A stretch of DNA of 64,000 bases, from the NCBI RefSeq assembly GCF_009914755.1, contig NC_060947.1; one strand, 5' to 3'. This document shows positions 13,276 to 23,520 of the stretch, piece by piece. Below the pieces are notes generated by a model, which worked only from the letters and a program-made list of their open reading frames with translations, made no database searches and was not told where the DNA came from. Origin of the DNA: the human T2T-CHM13v2.0 reference genome, Homo sapiens. The position numbers were made by a program, and so were the translations under genes. The first letter of the stretch is position 1. Each line of letters opens with the position of its first letter.

Positions 13276-14415
13276 TGTAATATTATTTTTTAAAATATTT
13301 CATTACTGTATTTCAGCTAACATTGCAGCATCTAAAAACTGCTACCTCAAAAATAGTATGTTTTATCTAGTCATTATTTTTGCCCATTCATTGTTTTCTC
13401 ATTAAAGTGATGGAATAATAGGAGGAACTCTGGGTACCTGTGAAAGGTAAAATGTAACTAGAGTGTTGTGAATCTTGGGGAAGAATAGATTCCATAGATA
13501 AGAGCTGAGGAAGTGCTGACCTTTGGTCTAAACCTACTTAGATCAAGATTTTCAACTTGAGGAAGACAAGGTTCAGAGAGCATGGAGTGACAGTTCTGCA
13601 GTTCTTCTGTGATGGCCTAGGTTGGTCTCTACCTTTGGGAACAGTATAATTTAGAATTTTAAAGCCCTTTTCCACACAGAATCAAGGATCAATAAGTGCA
13701 ACATCCTTTCCTTAGATAGATTAGATGCTAGTAGGTTATGTGACATATTTATTGTCACAGAGCTAAATCAAGTCTAAGTATACCACTCTCGAAGATATAC
13801 GAGAGAATTAAATTAGAAGAAACTGATCTTTGATATGCAAATCTATTTAATTAAAAATATATTTGAGTTAAGTAACTATAGATGGAAGTATGTCCCACTG
13901 GTGCATTTAGGTCAGCACACTGGACAGGCATGATTTTAATAAGTCATTAATTCTTCCCATTAACACTGTGCAACCTTCTAGAATAATTAGAACCCCCTGC
14001 CCTTTGAAAATAAACCCTTGTCTTCCATTTAGCTTATAATTTACCATGATAGAGGCGATCACTGTATGATTTGTCTCTCTCTGCATTTAAGAGCACCCGT
14101 GTGATTAGAAGATTGTCTAAGTCTTCTGCAGCAGGCAGATACAATCTGGGAGTAGAAATTAGTCCAGAATTTTTCTTCTTAAGACAAGATATCTACTACT
14201 TAATTTAAGGATATTACAAATAAAGGGAGAAAAGGTTCTTATAAATTTTTTTCATAGTCACTTATCTCTAGCATCAACAAGTAAAACAAGAATATTGGTC
14301 AGCACCTTCTTTTATACCTTTTCTCCACAATGTGATTCAAGATGTCTGGTTTGTCTCATACAACACCAGTACTAGCAAGGGTGCAGGTGGGGTAGGTATA
14401 AGAAGCATAGTTTCA

Positions 14416-14711
14416 GGCTGGGCACAGTGGCTCACGTCTGTAATCCCAGCACTTTGGGAGGCCAAGGCAGGTGGATCATGAGGTCAGGAGTTCGAGACCA
14501 GCCTGACCAACACCGTGAAACCCCGTCTCTACTAAAAATACAAACATTAGCCGGCGTGGTGGCGTGTGCCTGTAATCCCAGCTATTCAGGAGGCTGAGGC
14601 AGGAGAATTGCTTGAACCCAGGAGGCGGAGGTTGCAGTGAGCTGAGATGTGCCACTGCACTCCAGCCTGGGTGACAGAGCAAGACTCTGTCTCGGAAAAA
14701 AAAAAAAAAAA
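14416..14711 (+). mobile_element. Alu (AluS, Sg-like)
   Basis: Full dimer with A tail; TSD 'aagaagcataRtttc'. Confidence 0.97.
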
Positions 14712-14721
14712 GAAGCATAAT

Positions 14722-15365
14722 TTCTTAGTCTGGGTGCTCTAATAAGCAGAACCCAAGGTAAGGATTAGAGCACTGCTGTTTTATTTGGTACAAACCCATG
14801 AGAGTGAAAGTGAGAAAGAAAAAGGGCAATGAGGCAAGCAAAAATAAGTGACATAATTTGTTACTGCATTGGCCACAGCTTGATGATAAGCCAAGAAACT
14901 AGAGCATAGGTAACTTGGCATCTATGTCTCTTTGTACCAGGATTCCTCTGGAAGGTGCAAGAAGAAACCACATGTCACAGCAGTCCATGGAAGGGAAAAA
15001 GGAGGAGGAATTTATATGATCAGCTCCCTCATGCCTCCTGTTTTCCATTGGCCAAGGTTTACCTCACAGAGAACTAACGCCCCTTTACTTCTAGATTGTG
15101 TCATCCAGCCCCTTGTCAGTCTTTCAGGAAGCCAGATGCCCCCTGAGTGTGGTGTTTCATCCAAGTCTGAAAATGGAGTGGATGTTGTCATGGATTAGCC
15201 CAGAGTATGGGTTATATAGGCCATCAAAGTCCCAGGATGCAACTTAACTCCAGCCAGCATAGGGATCTCAGCAAAGATGGTAATGGTGGAGAAGCCTGGG
15301 CAGCAGATGGCACCTTCAGAAAGAGAGAAGTAGGCAAGAGAATCTGAGGAAGTGCACACAATTCA
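14722..15365 (-). mobile_element. ERVL LTR16/LTR50-like solo LTR
   Basis: 'ttagtctgggtgctctaataagcagaacccaaggtaaggatt...tttatttgg...ccattggccaaggtttacc...gaatctgaggaagtgcac'. Confidence 0.62.
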
Positions 15366-15439
15366 TGTCCAAAACAGTTATTTAACAGACACTTACACTG
15401 TATCATGCGACCAAACCTCACCCCACCCAATTTTAGCAT

Positions 15440-15810
15440 AGGCAGATAATTCACTGTACATTGCCAGTATCTCACATTCATTTGGGAACTGCTTTGCTGC
15501 CTCAGAGCTTTCTCGCAAGCTCAGAACGCCTGATCAGCTCCACACAGGTGCAACCTGGAAATATGGGGGGGTGTGAATGCCTCCCAAGGGAAAACTTTAA
15601 CCAATGAAGGACAAAAATAAACAGATAAATGTTCCAGTCCTGGTGAAACAATAATAAGGTCCCCAAGGAGACAGAGCTTCAGTTTCTCTTAGAAAAACCA
15701 GATCATTCATGCACATTTCATTGGCTTTTTCCATTCCCTCTCTCTCTTTCCCTATTCCCTTCTTTGGGACTAAAATACCTGTTCTTACATTCTTGTCTCA
15801 GGCTCTGAGA
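15440..15810 (+). mobile_element. ERVL LTR16-like solo LTR (degraded)
   Basis: 'caggtgcaacctggaa...accaatgaagg...gataaatgttcc...tcattggctttt...ttgtctcaggctctg'. Confidence 0.6.
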
Positions 15811-16616
15811 CAGGGTAATAAAGGGGTTTTATAAGAGAGTAAAGGGCTTTTGAAGCTCATTGCTAAGGATTATGATTTGTAGTCCCTGAGAGAGAGGAGT
15901 GGAAGCATGTACTTGCAGGTAAGTATGGGAACTGGAGAAGAAGTACATATGGTAAAGACTCAGCCCCATCTGAAACTGCACCCTAATGGGCAATCACAAG
16001 GGATTCTGCATAGCCTCAGGACTATGCTATTCAGCCATGAGAGAAGTGATGAGGGTCTCTTTAGGTGATGGTCACCGCAAGGGGCCTCTCTGAGCCCAGG
16101 CAGTATTGAATGAATTACCAATCAGTGACAGAATAAAGGAATAATGGTATACCACCATGGACTGAGGACCTAATCTCTACAATGGCTCTCTAGCCCCACA
16201 TAGACCTGGACCCTGTATGTTTTATGTACTGAGGTTTAGGGAGTTATAGTAATGCATGAAATTAAATATCCTGCCAACTAAGAAGTGGGCAGGGTTATGA
16301 ATATATGAAATTCAATTTGAAGAAATAAAAGAATGTGATATTTTCTGTAACTAAGGGTTGCAGAGTAAACTCATCCTTGACACATATACATGCAGTAAAA
16401 GTCTGTGTTTGTCTAAAAGGAACAGCCAAGACCTGCAGGAGAAGCTGGTGTAAAGGGAATCTGGAAGCCACAAAGGCGTACCCTTGCCTGATGAGCCACT
16501 TTTCTCATTCTTCTTGTCTTAACTGACCTAGACATTATAGCCACTCAGATTAGAGTTCAGTTATATAGTACATCTTACTTTTCCATTTCCAAAGGTAGGC
16601 AAACATTTTTGTCCCT

Positions 16617-17060
16617 TATAGCCGATGCTGTTTGCAACCTGCCAATATCTCTGCCACTTTCATCATTCCTGTACATGCTAATGTCTTTCTACTGAAAAGA
16701 GGCTTTTTCTGACTACAGGACAAGGTTTCACCTGTGAGTGCTACAGGCAGAAATTTCCAAGGGGTCTGATGCCCTTGTGAGCAGCCCTCAGCCAATGATG
16801 GATGGGAGCTGGTGATAAATACCCAGCTTCCTCGCACATCAGGTAAAACAACTCTGGCACATGCCCTGCACGGTTTCCCAGTGGTTCCCAGTGGGATCAG
16901 GTTCTGATTGCTTAGGGAAGTCAACTGCTCACCGCCACACACTGTATTAGTTTTCTTCCACTCCATCCTCTCCTTATTGGTGTTTCCTGTGATCAGCTCC
17001 CAAATGAACCACCCAAATCCTTTCTCCAGGTTGGCTTTTGGGGTGCCACAATCTAAGACA
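16617..17060 (+). mobile_element. ERVL solo LTR (LTR16C-like)
   Basis: 'gcagccctcagccaatgatggatgggagctggtgataaatacccagcttcctc...ctcccaaatgaacc...ggcttttggggtgccacaatctaagaca'. Confidence 0.8.
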
Positions 17061-17482
17061 CTCCTCTCTTCCCTAAGTGTCATCACCAGATACAACTTAA
17101 TTCAATGCAAACTGACACTCCTAACTTGGAACTGTAGTCTAGTGCTGTGGCTTCTGTGACCTCTTCCTGATTCTGTTCTGAGTGAATATACTTATGGATG
17201 AGTCACATTTTCTCTAACAGGGTTTGTGCTTCTATGTGTAGATTTTTCTTACCTATCGGTAGGTGCTTTGGGCTTATATACTTCACTTTTGAGTCCTGCA
17301 CAAAACAACTCCCAGTCTGTAGGATAGTGATTTTTGTCAAATTGTGCAACTCAGAGCCCTTTCAGGGGCACAATATGGGGAATGATGGGACTTTGAGGAT
17401 TTGACTTTCTCTACTTCAACCAGAATGTCAGAACATCTCCCACATCCTTATTTCCATCCATTCCACATGCTGAGGCAGAAAT

Positions 17483-17484
<2 letters not shown>

Positions 17485-17530
<46 letters not shown>

Positions 17531-17546
17531 ACACACACATATATAT
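17485..17546. repeat. (AC)20 plus interrupted AC/AT microsatellite
   Basis: Read directly. Confidence 0.95.
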
Positions 17547-17569
17547 GTGCATACTCAAAGATATGTACA

Positions 17570-18400
17570 GGTAGGACGTATCTATATTATGTGCCTCCTT
17601 GGTATGACGCACTAAGAAGGACATTGCATTACTTTGTTGGTGCTCCTGTTATATTCATGAAAAAGCAAGCAGACAAACCCAAATTGAGGTAGATTCAGTG
17701 ATGTGCTGGAGCTGGCTCGTACATATCAGCTCAGGAGAGCCAACTGTGCACAATTCTTTCCAATGGCACAATGGCACTTTCAGCAACATCACTTTGGTAG
17801 CCTGACATCAGCCATGATAGGAATATTTACACCAGGGAAATCAGCAAATGCTACACAGCAGGACTTTTTTTTTTTTTTAAGACATCTGTTAAACATTTAC
17901 CAGCACACTGCTGGACATTCTACAAAATAATTGGCCCATACTCTGAAAATGTCAGGGTAATGAAAGACCAAAAAGTGCTGAGAAAATGTTCTGTATTAAA
18001 GGAAACTGAAGAAGCATGACAACTAAGTACATGCATGGTTTTGGATTGGTTTCTGGACAGGAAAAAAAAATTGTTTTCAAAGATACTATTGAGGCAACTT
18101 GTAAAAATGGAATATGAACTGTAGATTAAGTAAAACAAATGCATATTTCCTAAGAACAAGGATATTTTCTTATATAATAATGGTGTAACTATAAAATTCA
18201 GGAAAATTTAACGTAATGCAATACTATTAATGTGGTAAAGGGACATGGTATATTCAGCATACTCTCAGCTGGTTCATGAAAAACTGGCTCATGATAAAAC
18301 AATGTGGCAAGATGTGTGCAACTGATGCATTAGGTTACAGGTACAGATACACAGAGATCTTTGTATTCTTGTAACTTCTCTGTAAACTTGTCATATATAT
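17570..18400 (+). mobile_element. L1MC-type 3' UTR fragment (interrupted by MER63A)
   Basis: 'agacaaacccaaattgagg...gacattctacaaaataattggcc...gacatgacaactaa...ggattggtttctggacagg'. Confidence 0.65.
17696..17913 (+). mobile_element. MER63A (hAT-Blackjack MITE)
   Basis: TIRs 'cagtgatgtgctgg'...'ccagcacactgctg'; internal 'atatttacaccagggaaatcagcaaatgctac'. Confidence 0.85.
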
Positions 18401-19874
18401 ATATAATTTTTCGTTTTAATATCATTTTAAACATATGGGGACCCATTAAATCTTGCCAACCCTCAAAGAAATACATAGTAAGACATTTTTACAGTTTTAT
18501 TTTACACCAAATACTTTCATTAAAATAATAGAATCATTTAAAATAATAATACTAGCAAGTGAGGTGGAAATGTTTGGTGGATTATAAATTGCCACATTTT
18601 GGAAAACAATCCAGCAATATCTCAAAAGCTGTCTAAATATTCATGCTTCTTTGACCAAGTAGTTTCTCTTCTCAAATTTGAGACTTATCTGTAGTATGAA
18701 AATTACAAACTAGCACAACTGTCCTATGGGAATACAATTGAGTAATTGCACAGAAGCCCATGAAAAACTATAATTAAGACTGTGTAACAACATGGAAAAA
18801 TTATTTTATGTAAAAAATCAAAACATAAAATATCTTTGCTACCATTATAATTATTTAAACTATGTATAGGAACAAATATTGGAAGGAGCACAAAAATGAA
18901 AGCAACTGCTCTACATAAAACATCTTTTAGCTAATGATGTATGGTCAGTATTATAATCTTTAACTATAAAAAAAATAAGTTCAGAGTGGGATTTGAACCC
19001 ACAACACTGACTTCATCACACAATTTTTCCATGGCCTGAAGCTGCATCAGAAAATAGGAAGCGCAGATTTTTGGGGACCATTGGTGGGCATTCCCTCTTT
19101 TTTTAGCACCCTTTTTCCTAATGTCCCACATCTCAGGTGCAGGTCCAGAGCTCTCAAATAGCTAAGGAAAACATATTTCATATGTACTTATTTCCTACTA
19201 AACATGAAATGCCACGTTTCTACTCCTAAGAGAATTTACATTTTCAAAATTATCAGAAAGTGTTTACAGAATATAGTCACAAACCCAGCTTTGTGCTAGG
19301 TGCTATAAGCTTCAAAAGCAATTATAAAGAAAAGATCACACAATGAAGTAATATCTAACAGAAATTTCAGAGATAATTAGGGGTGCAGCAAGGAAAGACG
19401 ATGGAGGCAGCTTTCCTAGGGAGCACGGCATGATGCCACAAGGGCAGCCAGCTTCATCTGCCAGTCCTGTTCTGAGGCAGTGTCTTGCAATTCTTCCTCC
19501 TCCATTCCTGTCAGCTCATGCACTAGCAGATATTATATCATTTGTCATTCTGAGTTTTTCTTTCTCCCAGTCATTTGTTAATACATTTCCCTCATCGTGT
19601 CATTGAAATCTGTCCCAACATTCCAGATAAATTTCTCATGTCCTTACTTCCTATCATCTATAACATTCTCTTTTCTGGGGATTCTCTTGATATTCAGCAA
19701 CAAAGCCTCCAGTTAGTGTTTTCCACTGTTCATCTTCTTACAAATACAGGGAAAAAATCAGCACTGCAACTAATTAGATCATCTCCATGGATTTTTAAGA
19801 AGGGATGCGAATGGTGTAGCATGCTTTCAGAAATCTTGAAGGCATTCCTTTAGCTGTGTTTCTAAACTCCATTT

Positions 19875-19877
<3 letters not shown>

Positions 19878-19916
<39 letters not shown>

Positions 19917-19921
19917 GTCTC
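19878..19921. repeat. (CT)n/(CTGT) microsatellite
   Basis: Read directly. Confidence 0.95.
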
Positions 19922-20229
19922 ATTAGCTCTCATTTCTTCTCTTGCAAAGCTGAAGATCCAGGGTTGGGGAGAGAGGATGTGGGACAGACTTAATAAGTGT
20001 AATTGCAAAGATGTTCATTGCAGCCATAAAGGAGCTGCTTTGGAAATTTTTCTTCCAAAAATAATTTGGGAAACATAGAGAACACTTAATGCAATCATAT
20101 AGCTTATAGTAAATTTGTTACATGTGATGTGTATGCACAAATATTGCTCTGTATATTCTCTGGTTGTGTATAATATGAGCTTGCGCAGCTGAGAAATATA
20201 CAGAACTAATCATTTGAGGGAGGAATACT

Positions 20230-20508
20230 TCTTATGCCATGGAATTGGCTAGTGTGGAGTTCTAGTCAGGTTTCTTCTGGCCACCCCAGAATAACTGACC
20301 CTAGGATGGAGCATCAACTTGTCATCTGTGCCACCTCACTGTCCCTAACACCCTTTCTCCCTCCACTTCCCACTTGCAGTGGATCTTGTGATTTGTGCCC
20401 AACTTCTCCCTCTGCCTGATCGTGCTGTCCTCCCTTCCCTGCATAGAAGAAATGTCCTGTATGCTAATTTCTGTTTTAGTCTGCTTCCCAGGGAATTTAA
20501 TCTACAAC
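20230..20508 (+). mobile_element. ERVL LTR16A-like fragment
   Basis: 3' end 'cctgtatgctaatttctgttttagtctgcttcccagggaatttaatctacaaca'. Confidence 0.62.
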
Positions 20509-21518
20509 ACCACTCTAGATATTTCAAGCAGAGGAATTCCAGAGAAATAAGCTATAAAAGTGTTTTATGACTGAGGAGTGAATAGGGAGAAGGTGGTATT
20601 GCCCAGAGGTCAAGAAGAAGCCTCTACTGACCAGGTAGGTTCCAAGAGCTATGTTGATTTCATCTTGAGAAGAGATCCCATATGGAGCAGCTGCTGAAAT
20701 GAGAGTCAGCACTCAATTAACTGTGTGATTATCCACAGCCATTCTCTAAGACTCAGATGCTTTCTGCAGAAGATAAATAGGCAAGTTAAGTGGTGATGTG
20801 ATAGGAACCATATTTCTCAATTTTTCATGGTGACACCACCTTTTGTGGTTACCTTAGGGAAGTAATACTGCTTATGATTTATTATCCTGGTAGGAAATGG
20901 AAGTTCCAGGGGTTTTCATTGGCTACTCCTACTGTAATGTCCCTCAGTCTGAGCCTGGGAAACAATGTGGGGATTCTGTCATATTCTGTGTATGTCTATC
21001 CCAGTCATAATTCCAAATCTGGGGAAATAATCATATTCTCAGCCTGAAATTCTATGAGTCACCTAACCTCTAGCCACCATTCTGTTTGGTGAGCCACAGC
21101 GGCATCTGAGAACTCCAAGACTAGGTTCAACTCTGAGCCACTATCTGGTAATCTTTGATGTAACTACTTCCCATTCTCCAGTCCATGGTCCCTGATAAAT
21201 GGCTCTAAATTGCCTGAGGAAAACTTAGAGACAAATTTACAATATATGCTTATGGCAATATCATAGGGATCCTTCTTCTAGGGGACCCAATATCCCCTTA
21301 TTCAAGATGTTCTGATTCTGTGACCTGGCTCAGGTCTGTGAACAGAGTGAGAGACCATGATTTTCACTGTAATAATTCAAGTCAGGTCTCTCTCCACTAG
21401 ACCTAGATTTTTCCCCCTGGTTATATAGATCCCATAAAACTTCAGTAGGTGTGTGGGTACTTTGGTACTTTTCACAAGCCCAACCCTTCTTCTAAGACTG
21501 GAGCATTCATTACCACAA

Positions 21519-21844
21519 CTGATGAGGGTGTTGGCAGCAACATCTCAGCCAGGTCCTTCTTTGGAGCTTGCCTGGGCCTGAGGACAGAACTTGCTTGCCC
21601 AAGATTATGCCTCTTGCTGGGGGCAGCCTATATCAAATGGCAGGTCAGTACAGAGGCATAAAAGCCAGGCACCTTTGCTCCAAATCAGAACACTCTGCAG
21701 ATCCATCTCAGCTTTTTTTTTTTGCCTAGTGCTGCTTCCTTCACTTTCCCATGGGTACTGATCCCAAGAGCATTTCCCAAGAAAATTTCGTAATGCAAAT
21801 TTTGTATCAGAGTTTGGTCCTGAGGAAGGTGAACCATGACAACA
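21519..21844 (+). mobile_element. ERVL LTR16A-like solo LTR inserted antisense in the ERVL relic
   Basis: 'gctgcttccttcactttcccatgggtactgatcccaagagcatttccc...gcaaattttgtatcagagtttgg...catgacaaca'. Confidence 0.68.
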
Positions 21845-21959
21845 GGCTGATAACTTATTTCAGTCTTAGGGACATTGAGATCAATAAACCATCCCCAAAG
21901 ATCCCTACAGGACAAAACTGATTGCCACTCTGACTCTGGCCATTTTGGTAATTGCACCC

Positions 21960-22340
21960 CGTATTAGTCTGTTCTCACAGTATAAAGAAATACCTGAGAT
22001 GGGTAATTTATAAAGAAAAGAGGTTTAATTGGCTCACAGTTCTGCAGGATGTACAGGAAGCATGGCTGGGGAGGCCTCAGGAAACTTACAATCATTGTGG
22101 AAGACGAAGGGGAAGCAGGCAATGTCTTACATGGCCAGAGCAAGAGGAAGAGAGCAAAGGGGGAAGTGCTACACACTTTTAAGCAATCGGATCTTGTGGG
22201 AACTCACTCACTATCATGAGAACAGCAAGGGAGAAATCTGCCCCCTTGATCCAGTCACCTCCCACCAGGCCTCACCTCAAACATTAGGAATTACAATTTG
22301 ACATGAGATTTGGGCGGGGACACAAATGCAAAGCATATCA
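21960..22340 (-). mobile_element. ERVL-MaLR solo LTR (MSTA)
   Basis: 'gtattagtctgttctcac...aaagaaaagaggtttaattggctcacagttctgcagg...gagatttgggcggggacacaaat...atatca'; 5-bp TSD caccc/taccc. Confidence 0.92.
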
Positions 22341-22624
22341 TACCCACCTTTTCTCTAGTGGTTAAGTGCTTTCCCTTGGCCTCTATCATTCAGGGATCCC
22401 ATCATTCCTAATTAAATGAGGAAGCTCAGTTCAATAGCAGCATCTTCCACCATGATTGCTAACCTGAAGAAAAAAGCTATGAAAGAGCTTCTGAAGCTCC
22501 CATGCCCATGGATTTCTCAGTGCCTTGAGAAGGGAGTATGTCATCTGCATCTTGCCAGAGGAAATAGTGAGAGAGGTGGGTGGGGTGGGGCACACAATAA
22601 ACTCACTCCATCATTCTTATCTCT

Positions 22625-23216
22625 TGTTGGAACTCAGAAAACCATACCTTCAAAGACTGATGCTTTGATATGCTGAGAAATCTTAGAAGCTGCCTCAGAA
22701 TCAAGATCCCTCTAGCCTTGTCTTTTTCCACCTGCTCAAAGTAGAGGGAGAGACTTTCTCTGGAATGTCCCTGATCTGACCAGGAAAGTTTCTTTTCAAA
22801 AGAAACAGTTGCCTTCCTCCCTTCCTTGAAATCTCATTATCCATCTCAGAAAAGAAGACAGGAATGCCACCACATCTGGACACTTTTTCACAAAATAATG
22901 CCTGCCTCTCAGACTCAAATTCCAAAGAGAATCATTTACAAGTTAACTTTTGTCCATTATTCTCCCTAATAATCATTTACTACTCCTCAAAAGCGTTGTC
23001 TACATGCCCTATCTTCCCCCTTCCCCTATGAAAAAGGTACATGCATTTCTGTATCCCACTGGGTTACTGGGTAATCATTCTCCTGGGATTCCCTCATGTT
23101 ATACATATTAAAGTAAAGTCTTGTATGCCTTTTCTTCTATTTAATTTGCCTTTTGTCAGTTGATTTTCAGTGAACCTTCACAGGGCCAAGGAGAAGTTTT
23201 TCCCTTGCCCCTTACA
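22625..23216 (+). mobile_element. ERV1 solo LTR (MER39/LTR54-like, MER4 group)
   Basis: TG...CA ends 'tgttggaactcagaaaacc'...'ttgccccttaca'; perfect 4-bp TSD 'ctct'. Confidence 0.82.
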
Positions 23217-23305
23217 CTCTTTACACTCTCTGAGCTTTTGGATTTCTTCAGGCTACTTTTGGCTACTTCTGGCATCTTAGCTTACTGAATTCAGGCATCT
23301 TTCTG

Positions 23306-23520
23306 AATACGAATGTTCTTCCTGATAAACCCATCATAAATTGAAAACTATCGTAAGTCAAAAGTGTATTTTCAAGTGATGATATTTCAACTTACAATGG
23401 GTTTATCTGGACATAACCTTATTGTAAGTCGAAGAGCGTACTGAATGAGAATTGCTTTCACACAATCCAGAGGTCAAAAAAAAATCATGTTAAACCATCG
23501 TAAGTCAGGGACTGTCTGTA
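23306..23520 (+). mobile_element. MER47/Tigger5-type MITE, rearranged
   Basis: 'cctgataaacccatc...tatcgtaagtc' and terminal 'aaccatcgtaagtcagggactgtctg' followed by TA. Confidence 0.75.

Noticed and set aside
18975-19015. tRNA-like 'gtgggatttgaacccac' (antisense B-box)
   Set aside because: No cloverleaf or acceptor stem; more likely a decayed MIR head or chance.
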